Virus record (IMG/VR): IMGVR_UViG_3300037195_001281
Location: 1 to 39,235 of that record
Strand: one strand, 5' to 3'
Origin: a virus
Taxonomy: Duplodnaviria > Caudoviricetes
Length of the DNA: 39,235 bases
Shown here: one piece after another, positions 8,324 to 16,726 of the stretch
Numbering within the stretch: position 1 is the stretch's first letter
How the letters are laid out: each line of letters opens with the position of its first letter
Notes under the pieces: generated by a model
Database searches by the model: none
Seen by the model: only the letters and a program-made list of their open reading frames with translations
Told to the model about the DNA's origin: nothing
Translations under genes and position numbers: made by a program

Positions 8324-9495
8324 GCCACCATCTCAGGACTTGTCGTCGCACTCCAGCACTGCCCATACTCACGATGATAAGTGATGGTGTCTGCTGACCG
8401 GGGTGCTGCGTATCCATGACGTGACGAATAAGCATCCTTCGCCGCAAGGGTGCGGTGTTGGTCAACCGTCATACCCGGATAATCACGAAGCTCATGCTTA
8501 TGGTGCAAATGCCCGCAATGCGCATAACGGTATTCGGTCGCTCCCCAGATCGGGGCAAATTCAGCGGCAAAGATGCCCGGAAGCTGTGAAGGCTTGGCAA
8601 GGTGTCCATGATGGAAACCAAGCATCGTTTTCCCGAACTGATGGACGTAATAGGGCTTGGCAGATTGATCGATGGTCAGGCGGGGTTCGTTTTCGTAAAG
8701 GGCTGCCAGCCAAACCCGGTCCTTGCTCGATCCGGCAGTGTCGTGATTTCCTTCCGCCCATACCAAATGAACGTGTTTGTATTTCTGCAAGGCAAGGTCG
8801 ATGATTGCGCGGCTTGCTCTGACTGCCACGTCAACGATCTTTGGAAACCTTCCGTCTGCGTCCAGAACATGACCGCTTGCCGGGGTGACTGGCAAAAGGC
8901 CGTCAAAATGCAGAAAATCCCCAAGCTGTGCGATGACGCAACTTTCTGCTGGTGGTGATGTTTGGATCATGTGCCGGAATGCCTTGATCAGCATTTGCTC
9001 GGCGATTGCCAGATCCCAGTTTGCGCCGCCTTCCCTGTGCCAGGCTAACATCCCAAAATGATAATCCGTGATGACGTGCATATTCAGCAGCCGGTCATTC
9101 AACTTGACCTCCGGCGCTGGCAATGGCTTTAAGCGCGGGATATCAGCCGATACGGATTCAACCCACTGTTCGAGGAGTTCGCGTTGCCGGTCTTGATCGA
9201 TCGATGATTTTACCCATTGCCCGGCGGCTTTTCCGTCCCTGTCGTAATATGTTGAAACGCCTTTTGTTATGAACCCGTCAGGCACCGGGCGGGTCATATC
9301 ATGCTCCGGGGCGTATCCGTTCCGAGCCGCCTTCTTTCGGGCCAGCTTTATCTTTTCAGAGACGTTACTCTGTGTGATTCCGAGGGCCTTTGCCGCGGCA
9401 CGGGCGGTCCCATGCTTCAGAACAGCGTCGATGGCCTCGGCTTGCTTTGGTGTGGCCCATTCTTTCCATCGTTCGTCAACTTCGGTTGGTCGCAT
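8320..9495 (-). CDS. HTH plus calcineurin-like metallophosphoesterase
   Basis: N-terminal AAAKALGITQSNVS helix-turn-helix; DYH, GDFLH, GNHD, HGH and GHLHH motifs. Confidence 0.85.
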   Translation of the reverse strand: MRPTEVDERWKEWATPKQAEAIDAVLKHGTARAAAKALGITQSNVSEKIKLARKKAARNGYAPEHDMTRPVPDGFITKGVSTYYDRDGKAAGQWVKSSIDQDRQRELLEQWVESVSADIPRLKPLPAPEVKLNDRLLNMHVITDYHFGMLAWHREGGANWDLAIAEQMLIKAFRHMIQTSPPAESCVIAQLGDFLHFDGLLPVTPASGHVLDADGRFPKIVDVAVRASRAIIDLALQKYKHVHLVWAEGNHDTAGSSKDRVWLAALYENEPRLTIDQSAKPYYVHQFGKTMLGFHHGHLAKPSQLPGIFAAEFAPIWGATEYRYAHCGHLHHKHELRDYPGMTVDQHRTLAAKDAYSSRHGYAAPRSADTITYHREYGQCWSATTSPEMVA

Positions 9496-9507
9496 GAGGG
9501 AATGCTC

Positions 9508-9738
9508 CTATTGGCAGGCGCGAAGCTCTGCCCTTACCCGGCCATAGTCGATAATGGCCCGCTCCAATGCCGCCCCAGCAGGCAAGGCTTCAAGTTCGCC
9601 CGCCAACTGGTTCTGGAATTCTTGGCTGTATTCGGGAGGGATGGGACAAACGCTCTGATCAGAACTTGCCGTTGCGCAGCCGCTCAACAATCCCGCTGCG
9701 ATCAGATGGGGCAGCAGCAGCCGCTTTACGCTGTGCAT
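9508..9738 (-). CDS. Lipoprotein, o-spanin (Rz1-like)
   Basis: Lipobox LSGC; overlaps the upstream TM gene; lysis context. Confidence 0.7.
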   Translation of the reverse strand: MHSVKRLLLPHLIAAGLLSGCATASSDQSVCPIPPEYSQEFQNQLAGELEALPAGAALERAIIDYGRVRAELRACQ

Positions 9739-9889
9739 TGATGCTCTCCAGGTTTCGTTTCATGGTATCCACACGCTCGGCCTGTCTCCCGGCCCGACGG
9801 GCGGAGAAAAGGACCGTAACGACAGCAGCTATTGCAGCCAGAACCATGCCGATGCGCAGTCCGATTTTTGAGAAGATCAGGGACAACAT
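9659..9889 (-). CDS. i-spanin (Rz-like)
   Basis: N-terminal TM plus short helical domain, directly after the endolysin. Confidence 0.65.
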   Translation of the reverse strand: MLSLIFSKIGLRIGMVLAAIAAVVTVLFSARRAGRQAERVDTMKRNLESINAQRKAAAAAPSDRSGIVERLRNGKF

Positions 9890-10530
9890 CAGTTGATGCC
9901 TGCCTGTCGGTCACTGATGCGAGCCCAGACTGCATAACCAGCACCAATAGCGCCCAGAGCCACACAAGCCCACTTGATGTAGTCAGACAGGTGTGTGTAC
10001 TGCTCAAGCGTCGAGGAGATTTCCCCAGCAACCGGGCCGATAACGGTCATTGCACCAGCAAGGCTTGCCCCGCGAACTGTTCGCGACTGGTTCAGAGGGC
10101 GATGCTGGTCAAGCGCCTCTTTGGCTGTTGCGGGCGGCTTGGTGTCGATGTCATTGAAGAACAGATGCCCGTCTGTCTCGAAAACCGGTTGTTTGCCCTT
10201 CGACCAGAACGGCTTGACGTTGCGCGTGTGATAATGGGTTGATGTTGCTGTCACGTCTGTGACTGCGCCATTCACCGCGCGCGTGGCGATATCAACACAC
10301 GTATCGAACCAAGCACCCTTCGCATTCAGAATACGCTCACGATTTGGATCGTTGGTGTTCCAACAAGAGAACTGCCACGGCTGCTGACACACTTTGGCTG
10401 GTGAGCTGGGCCAGTTCGGGTAGCGGCAACGGTTCATGACAACAGAGGCGATTGCCTCTGCATCTGCAATGTTGTTGGCTTTTGCCTCCCCATACAGGGT
10501 GCGGGCAAGAATATCGATATCGTCAATCAT
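9889..10530 (-). CDS. Endolysin, SleB/Hydrolase_2 cell-wall hydrolase with C-terminal TM helices
   Basis: LARTLYGEA, VVMNR, QFSCWN, ATSTHYH, GHLFF motifs. Confidence 0.85.
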   Translation of the reverse strand: MIDDIDILARTLYGEAKANNIADAEAIASVVMNRCRYPNWPSSPAKVCQQPWQFSCWNTNDPNRERILNAKGAWFDTCVDIATRAVNGAVTDVTATSTHYHTRNVKPFWSKGKQPVFETDGHLFFNDIDTKPPATAKEALDQHRPLNQSRTVRGASLAGAMTVIGPVAGEISSTLEQYTHLSDYIKWACVALGAIGAGYAVWARISDRQAGIN

Positions 10531-10732
10531 TGCCTTTGCGACCTTCTCTGAGCTTGCAATAAATCTGAACCACCAGCCAAAGGCAGGACAACGCCAAGGC
10601 AAGAAGTTTCAAGGTGGTTTCGACGTCGGTGAAGCTGATACCGATCGCGCCAAGCGCGCTTATTGGCGCCGCTGCTTCCTTGGTCGCAACGGCCTGCATG
10701 GCAACGTCGATGATGTGTTGTGCTTTCGCCAT
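10523..10732 (-). CDS. Putative holin
   Basis: Small, hydrophobic, basic C-terminus; overlaps the endolysin start. Confidence 0.6.
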   Translation of the reverse strand: MAKAQHIIDVAMQAVATKEAAAPISALGAIGISFTDVETTLKLLALALSCLWLVVQIYCKLREGRKGND

Positions 10733-11041
10733 TTATGCCCCCGATTCAGCATAGAGAGGCTCAAGCTGCTGGAACGAAACACCATCGGCCTTGACGCATG
10801 ACACCCCGTTTGGCAGAGAGATAATGACGGTGAATGTCGATCCATCTTGTGACGCAAGAATTTCAAGCACAGCCTGCCCCCCCTGCATGATCCCGGCAGC
10901 AATCGGCTGCTCCCCGTACTTCTGGGCGAGATGTTCGAGGACTTTTTCACGCGGCCCGCATGACTGTTGCTGGGCTTGCGCTGACGAAAATGCGATCAAA
11001 AAAAAGACCGCCGCAGTGGCGATCCCGATAACCTTCTTCAT
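10733..11041 (-). CDS. Secreted hypothetical protein (two Cys)
   Basis: Signal peptide ending AQA; CGPRE..L..KYGEQP pattern. Confidence 0.75.
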   Translation of the reverse strand: MKKVIGIATAAVFFLIAFSSAQAQQQSCGPREKVLEHLAQKYGEQPIAAGIMQGGQAVLEILASQDGSTFTVIISLPNGVSCVKADGVSFQQLEPLYAESGA

Positions 11042-11051
11042 GGCTGGGTTC

Positions 11052-11279
11052 CTACTCTTTCAGGAGGGACTTGAGTTGCCCGAAATGTGCTGCATTCGAG
11101 CGTCGGAGCGTTGCAACCTCGGCACGCAGATCAACGATCTGTTCAAGAAGCTGCTCTGTCTGTGGGCGGATGATGAAATTGGACACAGCCGAGGCCATAC
11201 CGATCACCGCCAAAGCGATCATGACAACGGACACTGTGACGGATCGGGCGATTGCAAGGCGGTCTTCTGCATTTGCCAT
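11052..11279 (-). CDS. TM plus coiled-coil hypothetical protein
   Basis: GGAG RBS before ATG 11279 (MANAEDRL). Confidence 0.65.
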   Translation of the reverse strand: MANAEDRLAIARSVTVSVVMIALAVIGMASAVSNFIIRPQTEQLLEQIVDLRAEVATLRRSNAAHFGQLKSLLKE

Positions 11280-11289
11280 GCGCGGTCTC

Positions 11290-11544
11290 CATATCGGGCT
11301 GAATACGGTCATGCAGTTGTTTGTCAGCGTCCATTTGGACCCGACCAAGGGTTCAAGCACATCCGGGCTAGAGGGTGCGCCTGTTCGAAATTCACCTGTT
11401 GCGGATGTGGCAGGCAATTTGAGCAAGCCCCTGCCGCGCTTGAAGACGTACCAATGCGGGCCAATCACGACCGATCGGGACACGAACCCCAGAGCAAGTT
11501 CAACGAATGTGCCGGCCCATGATTTCGGGGTTTTGGTGACGAGC
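11290..11544 (-). ncRNA. Candidate structured RNA between tail-fibre and lysis genes
   Basis: 255-nt gap without a credible ORF; three-way junction and further stems (see findings). Confidence 0.45.
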
Positions 11545-11865
11545 TTAGTTGCCGATAACGATGATCCGGAATGCTTCGTTGCCATTGTCTGTGCTGACTT
11601 GGACGTTGTTCTTTGTGGTGGTGCCGGTTGCGCTCAAAACGATGCCGCCATCATCCACCGGAACCGAAAACGCGATCGGCGCGGCACTGAAAGCTTCGGA
11701 AAACACGACGGTTGCATTGCCGCCACCATTGGTGGTCCCTGTGTATTCCTCAACGCGCGGCCCGAACTGTGCAACTGTTCCGATCTTGCGGACGCCGTCT
11801 TGGAACAACATGACCTGATCAGTGTTGTTGGCGACCGATGCGCCTGGTACTTCTGGTTTCGGCAT
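11545..11865 (-). CDS. Tail-fibre-associated beta-rich protein (H-lectin/gp53-like)
   Basis: TAATG coupling; ATVVFSEAFSAAP...RIIVIGN pattern. Confidence 0.6.
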   Translation of the reverse strand: MPKPEVPGASVANNTDQVMLFQDGVRKIGTVAQFGPRVEEYTGTTNGGGNATVVFSEAFSAAPIAFSVPVDDGGIVLSATGTTTKNNVQVSTDNGNEAFRIIVIGN

Positions 11866-12671
11866 TACAACACCTCCGATTCTGCAAGAAGCTCGTCCGC
11901 CCGCTCCTCGGCTGAGGTATCGCCGCCAAGAACGGTAACAATCGCACTCCGAAGTGTGGGAAACTGGTCGTGGCTGTGAGAGATGTACGGGTTGTCCATC
12001 CACATGCCGCGAAGTTTGGCAGGGGCTTGATCAAGGGTAGTCATCAACAGCTCTGCTTCTGCCTCGGTACACCGATCCCACACATCGTCTTTGCGCGTGA
12101 GCACAGGGGCGGCTTCATATACGATAGAGGCCGGAGCGGTTGGCCAGTGACTGTCATCGGTGTAATCAGTTGGCAGAGTGTCTTCCAATGTATTGCTGGC
12201 TTCGCGAACATCTTTCACATACGTCAGGACATTTGCCGGGATGCGCGGCCCACCTGTCTGCGCCCTCTGAACAACCCAAGCAGGCATAACCGCTTCGATA
12301 CGACGCCGAGCCTCTGCTTTGATTTGGCCCTCTGTTGGATCAGGAGTAACCCAAGCATTTCCGCTCCACTCGTCGAAAGATGATGCCGGAATTTCATTGG
12401 TGTAATCGTCGCCGATCAGGCCCAGCCAATCCACTGTCGCAGTGGAAGCGTCAGATTTTTTGTAAACGGTGTCTCCTCGATTATCCTCCACCTCCGACCA
12501 TGTTTCAGTTTCGGTATCGAAGACCTTAACATAACCCGCGCTGGGGATTTCTGGGTCTACAAACGTTGCATTGGCTGGCAGCAGGTAATTTGCCGGAACC
12601 TTTGGGTTCTCTCGGGCCGTTGCTGAACCGAGATATTCCTTTGTCACCGGGTGATAGTTGTAATACAGCAT
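11865..12671 (-). CDS. Tail fibre assembly-like protein
   Basis: YNYHPVTKEYLG...LPANAT..P...W..VEDNRG...FDEW.G.AWV; GAGG RBS. Confidence 0.8.
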   Translation of the reverse strand: MLYYNYHPVTKEYLGSATARENPKVPANYLLPANATFVDPEIPSAGYVKVFDTETETWSEVEDNRGDTVYKKSDASTATVDWLGLIGDDYTNEIPASSFDEWSGNAWVTPDPTEGQIKAEARRRIEAVMPAWVVQRAQTGGPRIPANVLTYVKDVREASNTLEDTLPTDYTDDSHWPTAPASIVYEAAPVLTRKDDVWDRCTEAEAELLMTTLDQAPAKLRGMWMDNPYISHSHDQFPTLRSAIVTVLGGDTSAEERADELLAESEVL

Positions 12672-12678
12672 GATGGCC

Positions 12679-13656
12679 TCAATATTTAATGCAGGCAAGA
12701 AGTGCGATGTTGCGCGGACGGGTTTCCGAACCGCCGAACGCGTTGGTGGAAACAGCACTACCAGCCCCGTTAAAGTTGAGCTGCGCGGCCCCACCAGCCG
12801 CAAATGCCCCGACATTGGTATGATAACCGTGACTGTGCGATTTCACTTCGTCAGACTGAGCTGAGCCAAAAACACGAGAACCGTCGACGCCACGGCCATT
12901 ATCCCAACCACGGATAAATTCACCCCGAAGATCTGGCAGGTTAAACGTCGTTGAACCGTCACCAGCGCCAAACGTCGTTCCGATAACAGCAAACAGATCC
13001 GCGTACGTCGTGCGTGAAATTGCGGCCCCATCACATTCCAATGCCCATGATGGTGGAGTATTCGCGGGCCACCAGAAAGGAATCCCAACAGGGAAAGTGA
13101 CGGACGCTGACAAGAGGCCGTCAGAGTCAAGCTGTGGGATGTTATTTGCTGCTGTGCCAAGGGCAGGGCCATTTTTTAGCGTCTTTCCCCCAGTTCCGTC
13201 ATATAAGGCAACCGCGCTGTCAGTTGCGGAGGCCGGTCCGGTGACGTTACCGGTCGGACTGCCGGTGACCGTCATGAACGACACGGAAACAGTCAGCGCC
13301 TCGCTTTGAAGCGACCCGCTATCCCATGATACCGTGACGGTCGTGTTGGGCGCGCTGTAGGAGCTTGCGGTGATTTTACCGTAAATTGTGCCGGTCGTCG
13401 CTCCTACAGCCCGGATCCGCTGACCAACCGGATAGAACGCCGTCACGTCAGAGTTTACGGTAAAGCTGGTGGAGCTGGCATACGTGTATGTGTAGCCGAG
13501 ATCAATCCACCCGCCGCTTTGGTAAAACGACCGTGTATCTGCCATCATGGCCCGCATGGCGTTGTTCACGTTGCCAGGTAGGCAGCCCTCGGCAATGTTG
13601 ATGCCGTCAATAGACGTGTTGCTGCCTGCCGTGGTTGAATAATCTTTGATCGACAT
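12679..13656 (-). CDS. Tail fibre protein with collar domain
   Basis: PVG....W...PP..LECDG..ISRTTYADLFAVIGTTFGAGDGSTTFNLPDLRGEFIRGWD...ETRPRNIA. Confidence 0.9.
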   Translation of the reverse strand: MSIKDYSTTAGSNTSIDGINIAEGCLPGNVNNAMRAMMADTRSFYQSGGWIDLGYTYTYASSTSFTVNSDVTAFYPVGQRIRAVGATTGTIYGKITASSYSAPNTTVTVSWDSGSLQSEALTVSVSFMTVTGSPTGNVTGPASATDSAVALYDGTGGKTLKNGPALGTAANNIPQLDSDGLLSASVTFPVGIPFWWPANTPPSWALECDGAAISRTTYADLFAVIGTTFGAGDGSTTFNLPDLRGEFIRGWDNGRGVDGSRVFGSAQSDEVKSHSHGYHTNVGAFAAGGAAQLNFNGAGSAVSTNAFGGSETRPRNIALLACIKY

Positions 13657-13670
13657 TGTTTGCTCCAAAG

Positions 13671-13699
13671 AAAAAGGCCGCCCCAATGGGAGCGACCTT
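13671..13699 (-). terminator. Rho-independent terminator
   Basis: AAGGTCGCTCC-CATTG-GGGCGGCCTT followed by T tract. Confidence 0.65.
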
Positions 13700-13744
13700 G
13701 CTGGTTGCAAAAATTAATATTCGTGCAACTATAGACTCAGCCTT

Positions 13745-13885
13745 GTGATGGGATTCCCCGAGGGAACAGCCCTGACCTTGGTCAGGCGAAAGGGTATTCG
13801 CCTGTGTCGTCTTGCCCAGACGGCTAAACGGCAAAAGACCCGAGCCATCCCAGAAGGGAACTCGAGCCTTTTGTCGGATGGCAGG
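13745..13885 (+). ncRNA. Candidate structured RNA or long 5' leader
   Basis: Consecutive stems; G-U pairs favour the + strand. Confidence 0.45.
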
Positions 13886-13994
13886 TGTCAAAATCGGCCG
13901 ATTTGTACCCGCCCGCGCTAGCAACGGCGCGTTATAAGCAGTGGAAGTTGAACCTTTTCAGCTTCCGGGCCCGGAAGCTTGAAATGGCAATGCT

Positions 13995-14078
13995 ATGTTT
14001 AAGTTTCTGGTCACCGTCAAGATTGACGTTGCGGCAGTCATTGTTGCGATAACTGCACTTATCGTTAGTCTTCGGTGA
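13995..14078 (+). CDS. 27-aa hydrophobic peptide MFKFLVTVKIDVAAVIVAITALIVSLR (type I toxin-like)
   Basis: Single TM-like helix, structured leader, terminator 2 nt after the stop. Confidence 0.55.
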   Translation: MFKFLVTVKIDVAAVIVAITALIVSLR

Positions 14079-14080
14079 TG

Positions 14081-14111
14081 GAGCGCCCCGGTTCGCCGGG
14101 GCGTTCTTTTT
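14081..14111 (+). terminator. Rho-independent terminator
   Basis: GAGCGCCCCGG-TTCG-CCGGGGCGTTC-TTTTT. Confidence 0.85.
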
Positions 14112-14227
14112 ATATACCCCATCAATGATATAACATCAACTGATATCTATGACACCTGATATAACCGTTCTATTTTCCGTCTCATTTTCCACATGCACCA
14201 ATGCTCAACCTGCGGTATCATGGCCGG

Positions 14228-14557
14228 ATGAAATGCTTAATCCTTATAGTTTCTGCGTTTTTAGCGCTCTGTTCCTTCAGCGCCAGAGCGACGACCGGTA
14301 ATGAGCTTTACTATGATTGCGTTTCATCTAATGCTTATGACCAAGCTCGTTGTTTATCCTATATATCCGGTGTCGCAGATGGGATTGGCTTATCGGATCA
14401 CTTGGGGTTATGTGTCCCAAAAGGCGTCACATACGGCCAGCTCCTGGATATTGTCGTGGGATTCTTAAAGGGCTCCCCGGAGGGTCGACACTATGCTGCT
14501 TCGTTCTTGATCTACACGGCGCTTTTCGACGCTTACGGATGCCAAGGTGAGCAATGA
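14228..14557 (+). CDS. Rap1a/Tai-family immunity-like periplasmic protein
   Basis: Signal peptide; TGNELY.DC...CLSYI.GV.DG...CVP.GVT.GQL..IV..FL...PE.RH..A..LI..AL..AY.C pattern. Confidence 0.8.
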   Translation: MKCLILIVSAFLALCSFSARATTGNELYYDCVSSNAYDQARCLSYISGVADGIGLSDHLGLCVPKGVTYGQLLDIVVGFLKGSPEGRHYAASFLIYTALFDAYGCQGEQ

Positions 14558-14736
14558 AACTTCTTTTGCTGATTCTTGTGGTTGCCATAGTCGGTGTTAT
14601 GGGGGCGATTATCAAAGATTGGCCAGCGTGGGCACTGTTATTGATAATCGCTCTTTGCTTCGCATGGGCGTTTTGGCACGACTTCAAGGAGAAGCAGCAG
14701 AAGCGCCGGAAAGCATCCCAATCTCAGCGGCGATAG
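14554..14736 (+). CDS. Two-TM small membrane protein
   Basis: ATGA coupling; two hydrophobic helices and a basic tail. Confidence 0.7.
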   Translation: MKLLLLILVVAIVGVMGAIIKDWPAWALLLIIALCFAWAFWHDFKEKQQKRRKASQSQRR

Positions 14737-16723
14737 CCTGTTTGATTGCGGAAGCTCGCTGGGACTCCACACCAAGCTGTTGCAGTCTTTTCGTCAGTCT
14801 GTTCATCGCCTGACCGCGCTTCCTTCCTCCAGCGGTCAACATGCGCACGATTGCATTTCTCTCTGTTTCTGGCACCATTGAAATGGCGTCACTGATACGT
14901 TTTACGATCCCTCGACCAGCCGTGATGGCAGCCTGACCGCCACCTTCCGCAACAGCCTCTACACCAGCGCGCATTAAGTCACCAACTGGTGCAGTATCAG
15001 ACGCCATATCATCCATTTCTGCTTGGATGCGCGCAGTTGGGCTGCCCCCTTTTACCATCGATCGCGTTTCAAAGAATCGGCCTTCCAAGCGAGCTTGGCG
15101 CAGGAAGTCGTCCAAGGCGTCTTTCGATGGAAATACCGCCCGAAGCTTCTTCCGAATGTCAGGTTTGTCAAATAGTGTCTTCGCCATGTTACTGGTGATT
15201 TGGCGACGATCAATCATATCTTGAATGCCTTGAGCGACCCCTTCGCGGAAAGCTTCTTTTTCGGACGGGGCCATTTTGGCAAGCTGCGTCAAAGTCAAGT
15301 CTTCTGACTGTCTGGCAAAGCGCCGCCCTTGTTCCATTACTTCAATGGTTCGGGATGGGCCGGCATACGAAGCCCGAGCGGCTTTATAATCAGGGTTGAG
15401 GCGATCAAGTTCGTCAAGCAGTTGTTTGCGCAGCTCGTTGGCGGTTCTCCCCTGGTCAGTTGTCAGTTTCCCGGTCAAGGCGTCCTTGCTTGAAGAAACA
15501 ACGTCATCAAGGCCGCGTTTCACGTAATGAAGAACGCGCATCGACGGAATGCCCTCAAACACGGGATCTCCGGCCTGATTGAATTGCACGCCAAGGGCTG
15601 ATACGTCTTCCCCTTCATCCATGGCCAGGCGAACGCCGCGCTTCATGGCATCCTGAATGCTTGGGCGTTTGAGAAGGCTTGCGAGCTTGTCAGATTGAAC
15701 GGTCTTTTTATAGGCGGCCTCATACAGAGGGGCAGCCGCTGCTTTTCGCTGAGTCAGAAGGTCATCGATCTGACCGCTAAAGTTTCCTTTCGCCCCTGTC
15801 GCCGCCCGCGCGCTGTCCGCAAGGCGTTGCCCGGTCTGACGGCCGCGTGTTTCAAGAGCCTGCAAAGCCGTTGTTCGCGCTTCTCCGGGCATTGCTGTCA
15901 TTGAGCGCAATAGCGCCTTGGTGTTCTCGCCAAGGTCAGCAATCCGCGCCTCCGGCCCCATACTGTCAAGAGCCTTGGCTGCCGTTTCCGGGGTGTACCC
16001 ATCACGTTCGAGCGCTTGCATCACCTTGCGCTGGACAAACTGGGAACCACCGTTATCTGCCTTCTTTCCTACGGACGAAAACAGCGCGCGAAGTCCTTTC
16101 GCTCCCATATGCATGAGAGGCGGGACAACCGCCCCCATTGCGCCGCCGATCAAAGCACCCTGACCAGCCGATGACAGGCGATCATCTTCCTCACCTTCGT
16201 TGAAGCCATAAACAGCCCCTTCCCCTGCCCCGATTGCTAATGTCGTGGCGACCCGACGCGGTGCCGTGCTGGTAAGGGCTGCCGGAAGGGTAGCCCCTTT
16301 GGTGATAGCCGCAGTCCCGCCGAGGCCGCCGACGATCCGCGCTGTCAGATCAAGTGCCGGACTTTCCTCCGAGAATTTTCGTTCGCGGTCCCGTGCCTGA
16401 GTTACTGACTTATCGTATCCTTCCTTGAAACTGCCGCCTTGCGCCAGAGAAGACACACCTCCAGCAACACCTTTCGCTTCGTCCGAAAGACCGAACGTGA
16501 AAGAGTCAGCGGCGGCGTCAACAAGCCCGGTGAAAGTATTGCCTTCCCGCAGTTGGCGCTCCATGAAGTTCATTTCGCGTCCGGCTTTAACCTGCTTCCA
16601 TCCTTCCCCGTCAAATGCCATAACCTCGCCGGTATCAGGATTTTCTGCCACCTTGGTATCAACCCATTTATCGCCTTGAAGGCGAACGGCTTTTTTCGTG
16701 TCCGGATTATATGCGAGTTTCAT
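14684..16723 (-). CDS. Putative internal virion/DNA ejection protein
   Basis: Ala/Gly-rich TM-like segments; last of three large genes after the tail hub. Confidence 0.65.
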   Translation of the reverse strand: MKLAYNPDTKKAVRLQGDKWVDTKVAENPDTGEVMAFDGEGWKQVKAGREMNFMERQLREGNTFTGLVDAAADSFTFGLSDEAKGVAGGVSSLAQGGSFKEGYDKSVTQARDRERKFSEESPALDLTARIVGGLGGTAAITKGATLPAALTSTAPRRVATTLAIGAGEGAVYGFNEGEEDDRLSSAGQGALIGGAMGAVVPPLMHMGAKGLRALFSSVGKKADNGGSQFVQRKVMQALERDGYTPETAAKALDSMGPEARIADLGENTKALLRSMTAMPGEARTTALQALETRGRQTGQRLADSARAATGAKGNFSGQIDDLLTQRKAAAAPLYEAAYKKTVQSDKLASLLKRPSIQDAMKRGVRLAMDEGEDVSALGVQFNQAGDPVFEGIPSMRVLHYVKRGLDDVVSSSKDALTGKLTTDQGRTANELRKQLLDELDRLNPDYKAARASYAGPSRTIEVMEQGRRFARQSEDLTLTQLAKMAPSEKEAFREGVAQGIQDMIDRRQITSNMAKTLFDKPDIRKKLRAVFPSKDALDDFLRQARLEGRFFETRSMVKGGSPTARIQAEMDDMASDTAPVGDLMRAGVEAVAEGGGQAAITAGRGIVKRISDAISMVPETERNAIVRMLTAGGRKRGQAMNRLTKRLQQLGVESQRASAIKQAIAAEIGMLSGASAASP

Positions 16724-16726
16724 TGG

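Noticed and set aside
11365-11371. Complementarity between the 38.1-kb cloverleaf loop GGGCUAG and CUAGCCC in the 11.3-kb RNA
   Set aside because: A 7-nt match is expected several times by chance in 39 kb.
11545-13656. Diversity-generating retroelement or invertible tail-fibre cassette
   Set aside because: No reverse transcriptase, no invertase and no TR/VR pair seen.
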